Program-made: the position numbers and the translations under genes | In this document: positions 19,154 through 27,661 of the stretch, piece by piece | Numbering within the stretch: position 1 is the stretch's first letter | How the letters are laid out: each line of letters opens with the position of its first letter | Source of the DNA: Candidatus Thorarchaeota archaeon | GTDB taxonomy: Archaea; Asgardarchaeota; Thorarchaeia; Thorarchaeales; Thorarchaeaceae | Direction: 5' to 3' | Assembly (NCBI GenBank): GCA_029855935.1 | Contig: JAGSHN010000016.1 | Location: 128,001-192,000, forward strand | Length of the DNA: 64,000 bases | Notes under the pieces: generated by a model | Told to the model about the DNA's origin: nothing | Databases searched by the model: none | Seen by the model: the letters and a program-made list of their open reading frames with translations, nothing else

Positions 19154-20425
19154 TCACCCGAGCTCCTTGGTGAGCAGCTGGCCCAGTCTTGTGACACCCA
19201 CCTCAATCTCTTCTTCATCGGCATACGAGAAGCCCAGTCTCATTGTGTTTGGCTGAACCTTGCTGTCGACCAGATCGGTGCCGTCCTCGTTCAGGCTGTA
19301 GCCCGTCAGCGGATAGAATGGTCCCCCTGGCACGTAGATCACATCGTTGGGGATGGCCACGTCCATCATGAACTTCTTGCTGTCAAAGTCCTTCTTCTCG
19401 CTCTCCCACCAGATGAAGAATCCGCCTGTCGGGTCAGTTCTCTCACCAGCCGGGAACGACTCATCTATCGCCTTGGCCATCGCCTTGTAGCGCTTGTAGT
19501 ACTCTGGCACACTCCTCTTCATTGCGTCATCGATGTACTTGGAGTAGTACTCATCTAGGACTCTCTGCACAAGTGTGGATGTGCACAGGTCAAGGTATCC
19601 CTTGTCCTTCAGCACCTGTTCTTTTATCGCCGGGGGCAACACGGAATAGCCCACACGTAGTACAGCGGCCTCCTTGCTCGTCGTGCCAAGATACGCCACG
19701 CGGGAGTTCTCTTTGTCGAGGGTCTTGATTGCTGGCAGAGTCTTCTTGAACTGGATCTCTGCATAGGCGCAGTCCTCCACGAGCAGGACATTGTGGGTCT
19801 CACAGATGTCGAACAACGCCTGCCGCCTCGACATCGGCAGTGTGGTGCCCTTCGGATTATCAGAGTCAGGCACGACATACAGCATGTCAGGCGTTCTGCC
19901 GAACTTGACCTTAGACAGATGGATTGCTCTCTCCACGTACTCGGGGATTATCCCATCGAGGTCCGTGGGGACAGTCACAATCCTCGCTCCGAGCTTGACA
20001 GCAGGCACGAGAAAGCCGAGATAGGAGGGTGAGGGCGTTATTATGACATCGCCCGTGTCAATGAGGGTATCAAGCAGTGCGTAGAGCGCCTGCTGACTGC
20101 CGTTTGTGATTGTGACATTCTCCCACTCGGTCTCGGGATCGATGGGCAGATTCCTCACATCGTGGAGGCGCCTTGCCAGCGTCTTCAGAAACCACGGCTG
20201 ACCGCCTGTCGGACCATAGTTGAGGTCCTCTATTGCCAGCTCAGGGTTCTCCTTGTATAGCTCGCTCAGGTGCGCAAGAATCTCAGCAAAGGCGTCTGTG
20301 GGGATCACTCCTGGCTTTCCGCCGGCGAAGTAGTACTTGACCTTGTATCTCAAGAGAGCACGAATCTGCGATTCTGCGATAAAGCTAGTCCACGTCGCCA
20401 ACGCGAATCCATTCTGTTTGTTCAT
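19154..20425 (-). CDS. Class I PLP-dependent aminotransferase (LysN/ARO8-like)
   Basis: 'YFAGGKP', 'YGPTGG', 'TNGSQQAL', 'NPKG', 'EDCAY', 'TTSK...LRVG'. Confidence 0.9.
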   Translation of the reverse strand: MNKQNGFALATWTSFIAESQIRALLRYKVKYYFAGGKPGVIPTDAFAEILAHLSELYKENPELAIEDLNYGPTGGQPWFLKTLARRLHDVRNLPIDPETEWENVTITNGSQQALYALLDTLIDTGDVIITPSPSYLGFLVPAVKLGARIVTVPTDLDGIIPEYVERAIHLSKVKFGRTPDMLYVVPDSDNPKGTTLPMSRRQALFDICETHNVLLVEDCAYAEIQFKKTLPAIKTLDKENSRVAYLGTTSKEAAVLRVGYSVLPPAIKEQVLKDKGYLDLCTSTLVQRVLDEYYSKYIDDAMKRSVPEYYKRYKAMAKAIDESFPAGERTDPTGGFFIWWESEKKDFDSKKFMMDVAIPNDVIYVPGGPFYPLTGYSLNEDGTDLVDSKVQPNTMRLGFSYADEEEIEVGVTRLGQLLTKELG

Positions 20426-20622
20426 CTGGTATCCGCTCCGAGGGCTTCAGACCTCGCATGCCGGGTGATGTACAACTCTGTACAAGTACATCGATAACCC
20501 GTCTCTCCGGCTCTTTATCTGTTTCTGAGGGCACGGCCCTCTCTCTGTAACAAAATGGTCATCGATGTACAACTCGGTGCATCTTGTTCTCTCAGTGAGT
20601 TGTTGCATAGTGGTCATAGGGA

Positions 20623-21408
20623 TCACCACGTCTGCGACGCAAGCTGCTGCGCCGCGGCCCTGGGGTCCTCTGCCTCCACTATCGCCCGACCCACGATTAC
20701 ATAGTCGGCTCCTGCATCAATTGCTGTACGCGCATCACCACCCTGTGCCCCTACTCCCGGGCTGAGAATGGGAATCTCCTCTCCGAGGACCTCTCTGACC
20801 TCCCTGATCTTGGCAGGCTGCGTCGCTCCGACAATGACTCCATCTGCATCCCAGAGTCGCGCCATACGAGCGAACTTGAGGTAGAGTGGCTCGAACCTCT
20901 TCTTCTTGGCATCCTCCACGACCTGCAGCCCGAATCCATCCTCGGCACCGGGATGGGACATGTAGCAGAGCAGGATGACGCCCTTCTTCCTCTCTCTCGC
21001 TGTCTTGAACACTCTATCAAGACCCTCTGTCCATCCAACGATGGGGTTCGCAATGACGGCGTCAAACCCCGCATCAAGATAGTATCGGGTGATCACGGCG
21101 TTGGTGTTGCCGATGTCGTTGATCTTGCAGTCCATTATGGCGATGAGCCCCTGGTCATGAACTGCATCTATGAGGCTCGGCACCCTGTCGTAGAGCCCCA
21201 GCGGGAGAACTAGATGACGATTGAACTTGAAGGCGGCCACGTGGTCGGCGGTGGCTGATATGATCTGGCGGGCCTCTCTCTCCAGACGGTCACGTTCTGA
21301 GGCTGCGAGTGAGCCGCCTCCCATAGGAATTGTGGCGGCGAGGTCGAGAGCCAATATCAGACGCGACTTTCTCACGTAGGAGGCCGCTGAGAGCTTCCTC
21401 TTGAGCAT
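20623..21408 (-). CDS. pyrF: Orotidine 5'-phosphate decarboxylase
   Basis: 'LILALD', 'DCKINDIGNT', 'SPGVGAQGG', 'IVGRAI'. Confidence 0.95.
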   Translation of the reverse strand: MLKRKLSAASYVRKSRLILALDLAATIPMGGGSLAASERDRLEREARQIISATADHVAAFKFNRHLVLPLGLYDRVPSLIDAVHDQGLIAIMDCKINDIGNTNAVITRYYLDAGFDAVIANPIVGWTEGLDRVFKTARERKKGVILLCYMSHPGAEDGFGLQVVEDAKKKRFEPLYLKFARMARLWDADGVIVGATQPAKIREVREVLGEEIPILSPGVGAQGGDARTAIDAGADYVIVGRAIVEAEDPRAAAQQLASQTW

Positions 21409-21490
21409 CAGAATCCCTCCGGACGCACGCTCCAGTTATCCCCGACCACACTTATATGAGATGTGGCTGCCGCTCTCGCGTGGTGATGTG

Positions 21491-22534
21491 ATGAGCCCAG
21501 ACTGGCTGGCGACCCGTGTCACTGTCGTGGCAATGGCCGTTGCAGCACCGGTCTACTTCTTTGCGCTCGTCTGGTCACTACCCTTTGCGCTCACCCCTCT
21601 TGGCGTGCCGCTCTGGGACTGGATGTTCACCTTCATCGTTGTGCCGTCGGTGTTCTCAATCACGTGGGTAGTACTGATCTTCCTGAATCGCTATAGACTG
21701 GCCAACACCGTCCACATAATGCACTCAACGATGGTGTCCGTACCGCTTCGCTGGCGCGTCTTCTATGGGCTGAACGCGGCCTTCGTGATGATGTTCTTCA
21801 TCCTGCCAGTCGTCACGGCCCCGGTGGCCGTCATCGGTGGGTTGGCTCTCGCGGGAGCGACGACTCACCGCCTCCTCCGCGGTAGGTCAGGTCGTGGCTC
21901 GGTCATCGGGCTGTTCTACGTTCTCCTTGCTGTTGTCCTCGTCGTCCTGCCAGCCTACATAGTCTGGTCGTTCGTACCGCGCTACATAGTCATCTGGAAC
22001 ACTATGATCACGGCCTGGACAGATGCGTGGATTGGGATTGCCAACGGTATCGCGCAGTGCCTCGTGAACTCGCTCAGCCTGTGTTCTCCAATTCATTTCA
22101 TCTATTTCAGCGCACAGCAATATGAGCAGGGCGTCTTTGGCGAGGTCTACAGTGAGAAACCTGCTCACGCAATCCGTGCTCTTGAGGGACTACTCTTTGT
22201 TGTCTTTCTCATTCTATATCTGCCCCCCATGATCACGCCACTGGGAACGCTACCTCTGCTTGACATGCGCTGGCTCTTCACGAACTACATCAACTGGGCC
22301 TCTCTGGGTGTCGTCGCGATAATGACACTGGTCAAGAGACTGACTCACGTGGTAAATGACACGACCATTGGCGGAGCCACGAACACGCTCGTGGTCAGTA
22401 TGTTCCTGCTGGTCGAGATATTCTTCAAGACGAATCTTCTAGTGGTGACACTCGTCATCTGGCTCGCATTCCTGATCTTCGCGCTTGTCACACTGCTCAG
22501 CCTTGCACAGGCCTCACCGAGGGAGATGTATTGA
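21491..22534 (+). CDS. Polytopic membrane protein of unknown function
   Basis: About 9-10 hydrophobic segments; start ATG 21491 behind GGTGATG; stop overlaps the NUDIX start. Confidence 0.75.
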   Translation: MSPDWLATRVTVVAMAVAAPVYFFALVWSLPFALTPLGVPLWDWMFTFIVVPSVFSITWVVLIFLNRYRLANTVHIMHSTMVSVPLRWRVFYGLNAAFVMMFFILPVVTAPVAVIGGLALAGATTHRLLRGRSGRGSVIGLFYVLLAVVLVVLPAYIVWSFVPRYIVIWNTMITAWTDAWIGIANGIAQCLVNSLSLCSPIHFIYFSAQQYEQGVFGEVYSEKPAHAIRALEGLLFVVFLILYLPPMITPLGTLPLLDMRWLFTNYINWASLGVVAIMTLVKRLTHVVNDTTIGGATNTLVVSMFLLVEIFFKTNLLVVTLVIWLAFLIFALVTLLSLAQASPREMY

Positions 22535-22980
22535 CAAGGTATAGGAATCCCACACCGACTGTCGACATTGCGATAGTTGATGACTCGGAGCGCATTGTCG
22601 TCGTTCAGCGCGGTCGAGAGCCGTTTCGCGGGAGGTGGGTGCTCCCCGGCGGCTTTGTCGAGTATGGCGAGACCGTGGAGCAGGCGGCTGTGCGCGAGGC
22701 ATTGGAGGAGACTGGTCTTGAGGTCGACCTCAGGGCCATCCTGGGTGTCTATAGCGACCCTCGACGCGACCCTAGAGGCCATACTATCACAACTGTCTTC
22801 GTGGCGCGACCTGTCGGCGGAGAGCTGCGCGGCGGTGACGATGCCTCTGCCGCGCGATGGGCCCCTCTCAGTCAGCTGAGGCGCTCTGAACTCGCCTTTG
22901 ACCACGGCCTCATCGTGAGGGATCTACTCGTCTGGATACGACACGGTGGGACATTCTGGTCCACGAAGAGAAGAGACTAG
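22531..22980 (+). CDS. NUDIX hydrolase (ADP-ribose pyrophosphatase-like)
   Basis: Nudix box 'GGFVEYGETVEQAAVREALEETGL', 'RDPRGH', 'LAFDH'. Confidence 0.95.
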   Translation: MTRYRNPTPTVDIAIVDDSERIVVVQRGREPFRGRWVLPGGFVEYGETVEQAAVREALEETGLEVDLRAILGVYSDPRRDPRGHTITTVFVARPVGGELRGGDDASAARWAPLSQLRRSELAFDHGLIVRDLLVWIRHGGTFWSTKRRD

Positions 22981-23333
22981 AGGTCGAGAATCTCGGGCAT
23001 ATGAGCGAGATTCACGATTGGTAGGTGGAGCACCATCGGCTCCGCCTCGACAGAGTCCACAAACTTGACCTCCTCCTTCGGCCTCGATCTGTAGGCCAGG
23101 AAGTTACCCGAGGGCGCCTCATCGGTCTCCACATAGACCCAGAGGGGCAGCCCGTACATCTCATAGTATCCGTGGTTGGATATCAGAGTGCCATAGATAT
23201 GCTTTCCCTTGTGCTCGAAGTGAAGCATCGATGCAGGTCTGTCTCGCTGTGACCAGGACACAAGCATCCTTGCAAGGTCGATCATCGATGCAATTCTCAG
23301 ATTGACAGGCGGTCTGATGTCCTCCCTTGTCAT
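22977..23333 (-). CDS. Conserved archaeal hypothetical protein
   Basis: Globular ORF with 'DLARM', 'YYEMYGLPL.VY', 'LPIVNL'; resembles small TACK/Asgard proteins. Confidence 0.6.
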   Translation of the reverse strand: MTREDIRPPVNLRIASMIDLARMLVSWSQRDRPASMLHFEHKGKHIYGTLISNHGYYEMYGLPLWVYVETDEAPSGNFLAYRSRPKEEVKFVDSVEAEPMVLHLPIVNLAHMPEILDL

Positions 23334-23441
23334 TGTACCACCGCCCGGGAGTGTCCACCTTTTGCTTTTAAGCAATCGCGTGGGGGCCGTGATAGTGGCC
23401 CATCGTTACACTCAAAACGCTGCTCCCGCGCTGGTATTCCT

Positions 23442-24221
23442 ATGTCGGATGTCATTCAGGACGGCTCTCTCGTGTACATATTCCTTGACGCCCGCCGGAA
23501 CTGGATTCGCAGGGTCCGTGCAGGAGAGGGCTTTCACTCCAATAGGGGGATCATCTACTACGACGACATCATAGGACGTCCCTATGGTATCAAGGTCAGG
23601 AGTCACTCCGGAACGGAGTTCCAGATCCACCGACCCAGCCCGACTGATGTGCAGATCGCGATGGGGCGCAACACGCAGATAGTCTATCCGAAGGACGCCG
23701 GTACGATTCTGATTGAGGCCGGGATTCACGCGGGTTGTCGCGTTGTCGAGTCTGGCACAGGGTCCGGCGCCCTCACGGGAGTTCTCGCGCGCGCAGTGGG
23801 GCCGACGGGTCGTGTCTACACCTACGAGGTCCGGGAGGACATGTTCAAGGGCGCAAGAAAGAATCTGGAGAAGTTCGGACTTCTCGATAATGTGACGATG
23901 TACAATGAGGACATACTGGATGGCATCCACGAGAGTGACGTCGACGCCGTCGTGCTGGACCTCGCCACACCATGGCTGGTGGTGGACGAGGCGCACCGTG
24001 TGCTGAGACCGAGCCACTATCTCGCAAGCTATAGTCCGACCATCGAGCAGGTGATGCGGACCTGCAAGGCACTGGGAGAGAGTGGGAGGTGGGGGATGAT
24101 CAAGACTCTCGAGGTGCTACAGCGGGAGATAATGGTCCGTGAGGGCAAGACCCGTCCGACAACATGGATGGTCGCCCATACCGGGTACATGACCTTTGCG
24201 AGAGCGCTTGTTGTCGAGTAG
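23442..24221 (+). CDS. trmI: tRNA (adenine-N1)-methyltransferase
   Basis: 'TQIVYPKD', 'ESGTGSGALT', 'YEVRED', 'LDLATPW', 'MVAHTGY'. Confidence 0.95.
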   Translation: MSDVIQDGSLVYIFLDARRNWIRRVRAGEGFHSNRGIIYYDDIIGRPYGIKVRSHSGTEFQIHRPSPTDVQIAMGRNTQIVYPKDAGTILIEAGIHAGCRVVESGTGSGALTGVLARAVGPTGRVYTYEVREDMFKGARKNLEKFGLLDNVTMYNEDILDGIHESDVDAVVLDLATPWLVVDEAHRVLRPSHYLASYSPTIEQVMRTCKALGESGRWGMIKTLEVLQREIMVREGKTRPTTWMVAHTGYMTFARALVVE

Positions 24222-24247
24222 CAGGCTGTTCTCGTTGCTTGCAAAGG

Positions 24248-24310
24248 TTTATATCATCTCCCTACCTGTTGTCGGTTGTCGACTGTTGTCGATTATTGCC
24301 GATTACTGTC
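24248..24310 (+). promoter_or_regulatory. TATA box followed by a 10-bp-phased degenerate direct-repeat array
   Basis: TTTATATC at 24248; then GTCGGTTGTC/GACTGTTGTC/GATTATTGCC/GATTACTGTC at 24271-24310. Confidence 0.5.
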
Positions 24311-24326
24311 GGCGGTGGCGACGATA

Positions 24327-24707
24327 ATGAGATACCATCACAAGAGAGCTCCGTGCTGTAAGGACACGCGGGAGATACTTGAGAACGTGTTGAAGGCCGA
24401 GGAGGTCGTCTATGACCTCATTGAGAGATCTGAGTCCGTCAGTGTGAAGAGTCCGGCTGAGGAGGCCCTTGGCTCAGGGACCGATGTCAACGTGATGGAC
24501 GAGACTGCGGACAGGGTCCTCAGCAATGGACCCGCCAAGTCCGAGGAGCTGGCCCCCAGTCCAGCCACAGCGAACGGTGCGGGAACGGAGGTCTACAAGA
24601 ACTCCCTTGAGGTCGGCCTACGTGTCCCCGATGCGGAAGATCCCTACAAGAAGCGACGTGCAAGGGGCAACAGGCTCGACGGCTACAGGGACTACTATGA
24701 GTTGTGA
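24327..24707 (+). CDS. Hypothetical, largely disordered acidic protein
   Basis: ORF downstream of the TATA/repeat array; start uncertain. Confidence 0.5.
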   Translation: MRYHHKRAPCCKDTREILENVLKAEEVVYDLIERSESVSVKSPAEEALGSGTDVNVMDETADRVLSNGPAKSEELAPSPATANGAGTEVYKNSLEVGLRVPDAEDPYKKRRARGNRLDGYRDYYEL

Positions 24708-24728
24708 TTGAGGGGGGTCGACTAGAGA

Positions 24729-25106
24729 TTGAGTGAACATGACGAGGTCGAGCGGCTGCGGCAGGAGATAAGAGAGCTCCGCCAGACCGTGCAGACACTG
24801 CGCGAGATCATCAACTCGCTCACTCACAGGCTCGACACTGGAGCGGTTCAGCGTGAGAGTGCGAAGGCCGGGACGTACAGTGTGAGCAGTAGCATCGACA
24901 AGTGTCTTCAGGATGCGAGCTGGGGTCGTCTTCTGAATCTGCTCGAACGGGCTGATGCCGGGCTCACGGCTGCGGAACTGGCCCGGCGCTGGGGCAAGTC
25001 CCGATCAAGGACGAGTGAGGTCCTCAACAGGCTTGTGGCCGAGGGTCGTGTGGTAAAGTATCGTGATGGAAGGCGAATACGTTTCCGTGCGCTTGACACA
25101 GACTGA
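24729..25106 (+). CDS. Coiled-coil plus winged-HTH DNA-binding protein
   Basis: N-terminal heptads 'VERLRQEIRELRQTVQTLREI'; wHTH 'LTAAELARRWGKSRSRTSEVLNRLVAEGRV.KYRDGRRI'. Confidence 0.85.
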   Translation: MSEHDEVERLRQEIRELRQTVQTLREIINSLTHRLDTGAVQRESAKAGTYSVSSSIDKCLQDASWGRLLNLLERADAGLTAAELARRWGKSRSRTSEVLNRLVAEGRVVKYRDGRRIRFRALDTD

Positions 25107-25306
25107 ATGACATCTGTGCAATGAGACAGCGCGATGGGAGAGGCGCTGTCCGGGTCCTCTTCATCACCGGAGAGGATGAATTCTGGGGGCGTCCCCCTCT
25201 CTGACCTTTCATAGCACGAAATCTAGGTGTTGCGAGGTCCCAATTAGTCTTAAGTAGAGGGTCACACCCGTAGTACTATTCGAGTGTGCCACAAGGGGTC
25301 TGCCAG

Positions 25307-27631
25307 ATGTCCAACGAGTTCTCAACCGAAAGACCGGAGCCCTCAGACAAGGAGAAGATACAGGCGACTATCTATACGATGCACCTGCTCGAATTGAACC
25401 AGCGTGCTCAGCGGGCGCTTCGTGACTTTGCCCTCCAAGACTTTGATGACAAGGAGGAGCTCGAGAGGAAACGCATTGCAATGCATGACGCCTTCACGGA
25501 GCTCTACGACCAGCTCGCCACGTTTAACGAGCAGGTGATGGGCGTTGATTTCGACATAGCCTACCTGCGGGAGAGGATCGCGCATGCAGAGGGTGAAACC
25601 AAGGAGTCGCTGGAAAAGGCGCTGTCTGAGCTGGAGGATGAACTCCAACGCAATCTGGCAGAGATCTGGATGGCACGTGTCCTTGCATGGTTGCATCAGG
25701 CCGCCGCGGCCTCGGGCCCATTCACTGATGAGGACGACGAGGAGCGGGAGAAACGTGCATTGCAGCATCTGGCCACCGTCTATACAATGCTGGAGAAGTC
25801 TTTCACGGCGGCCCCCGGTAAGGCCGATGGCACAGAGAAGCTGAGACGAGTCGCTCTTGGTCAGATGGTGATAAAGCTGCTGAGCGAGAGTCTTGAGGCC
25901 GACAAGTCCCGGCTGGCCGAGATAGAGGGCAAGAACAAGGCAGCCGAGGCCGAGTTCTATGACGAGTTTCTGAACGAGCTGATCACTCACGAGAGCATGT
26001 TCAGACAGGCCTTCAATCCCTTTGATGAACTCATCTGGCGCGATATCCTGTTCACGCACATCTACGAACGCGCCACTGATCTCTACAACGAGGCAATCCC
26101 GAAGCTGGAGTCGAGCGGACGCGTCCAGAAGGAGGATGTCGACAAGATCAGGGCGTGGAAGGCCAACACGGCTGGTCTATCCGAGGTCTACCTCGGAATG
26201 ATGTACAACGATATCGCCAATGCTCAGATGCGTGCAGGCAATCTTGAGGACGCCTCGAAGCTGTACCAGTCTGCGTCCGACGCCTTTGCACGTGCAGAGA
26301 AGTGCTTCTCGGATGTCGTGGCTCTGGCTGGCAATGCCCGTCAGGCACGGTCTGACAAGGAGCACAACAAGGCACAGTCGTTGTTCTGTCGTGCAGAGTC
26401 CGCGGTGGAGACTTTCATTCAGCTGCTGAGGGTCGACAACAGGGAGGAGGCAAAGGCTGTCTTGGAGGGTATCTTCAAGGACCTGCGTCAGGCAGAGAAG
26501 CTCTCCAAGACAAGGGAGCTGACAGGCGCGATACGCGAGAATCTCAGAATCTTCTCCTTTGTGGAGGACAAGATTGACCGCGAGGACGTACCCTCATCCT
26601 CAATCCTCGATCAGATCGACATGGCGAAGGGGATTCGCCGCGAGGGCCTGATTCAGGACATCAACAAGTCGTTGGACATCGCAGTCAAGGCGATGCAGAG
26701 CGAGCCAGCCGATGCTCTTGAGGCACTGCGAGAGGGCCTCACCAGTCTTGGGATACTGTTGAGTCTGGAAACCGAGGACGACGAGGTGAGGAGGCTTCGT
26801 CACAGGACACTGGCCATAATGGCCCATCTTCGGTACGTTGTTCAGTTTCAGATGAGTGCGCAGCTTGGCTCGGGAGTCAAGTTCCTCGTGTCGCGTATTC
26901 TCGAGCGTCTGCATGCTGAGGAGGCTGCAGAGCACTATCGTTCCATCGGGATGGATGACACAGCGACAGAGCTCGTGGACATGGGTCGGCTGGCCCTTGC
27001 AACGGCCTGTGCGTCGGAGGCGCAGATCTTTGCAAAGCAGTCGGACCAGTGGGCATTCCGTGCGCAGATGGAACGCATCGGTACCTTCCGTCGCATGGCG
27101 GACGAGATACAGCTCGATGTGGACGAGGACGTGCAGGAGACACTTGCGGCCCACGACAACACAATCGAGAGGCTGAGGCAGGCAGTGGCAGCCTTCGAGG
27201 CTGCTGCAGACGAGCTCGGCCGTGTCGCAGACCAGACCATCCGTGCCAACAACAAGGTGGAACTGCAGGTCCGTCAGCTGCAGGGTGTGGTGATGAAGTT
27301 CAAGGGCGACCTGAAGCGGCTGGAGGCGGCGAAGGCCAACTTCCTCGCCGAGTACGCCTCTAAGAAGGGTGACAAGTCGAAGGCGCGTTCCCTCTTCTCC
27401 GAGGCGAGTGATCAGCTGCGTGAGGCTGTCGGTGCCTACACCACCGCAGCACGAGTGTTCCAGGAGGTCGGCAACCTGCAGGCTGCTCAGTCGGTTGACA
27501 AGAGGGCCAAGACGACCGATCTTCTCGCACGCAGTACGTGGGACAACAAGCAGCGCCTCAGCAGGGATGAGGACCCGAACTACTTTGGCGATCCTGAACT
27601 CAGCGCTCTGTATCTCGGGTCTGTTGAGTAG
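25307..27631 (+). CDS. Large all-alpha helical-repeat (TPR/SNAP-like solenoid) protein
   Basis: About 775 aa, A/E/L/R/K-rich with few prolines; TPR-like segments such as 'AGNLEDASKLYQSASDAFARA'. Confidence 0.7.
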   Translation: MSNEFSTERPEPSDKEKIQATIYTMHLLELNQRAQRALRDFALQDFDDKEELERKRIAMHDAFTELYDQLATFNEQVMGVDFDIAYLRERIAHAEGETKESLEKALSELEDELQRNLAEIWMARVLAWLHQAAAASGPFTDEDDEEREKRALQHLATVYTMLEKSFTAAPGKADGTEKLRRVALGQMVIKLLSESLEADKSRLAEIEGKNKAAEAEFYDEFLNELITHESMFRQAFNPFDELIWRDILFTHIYERATDLYNEAIPKLESSGRVQKEDVDKIRAWKANTAGLSEVYLGMMYNDIANAQMRAGNLEDASKLYQSASDAFARAEKCFSDVVALAGNARQARSDKEHNKAQSLFCRAESAVETFIQLLRVDNREEAKAVLEGIFKDLRQAEKLSKTRELTGAIRENLRIFSFVEDKIDREDVPSSSILDQIDMAKGIRREGLIQDINKSLDIAVKAMQSEPADALEALREGLTSLGILLSLETEDDEVRRLRHRTLAIMAHLRYVVQFQMSAQLGSGVKFLVSRILERLHAEEAAEHYRSIGMDDTATELVDMGRLALATACASEAQIFAKQSDQWAFRAQMERIGTFRRMADEIQLDVDEDVQETLAAHDNTIERLRQAVAAFEAAADELGRVADQTIRANNKVELQVRQLQGVVMKFKGDLKRLEAAKANFLAEYASKKGDKSKARSLFSEASDQLREAVGAYTTAARVFQEVGNLQAAQSVDKRAKTTDLLARSTWDNKQRLSRDEDPNYFGDPELSALYLGSVE

Positions 27632-27661
27632 TGTCCCGTCAGTCTGGTCGCGCTGGCGCCT

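Noticed and set aside
24264-24320. CRISPR array
   Set aside because: Units are 10 bp, degenerate and contiguous, with no spacers and no cas genes
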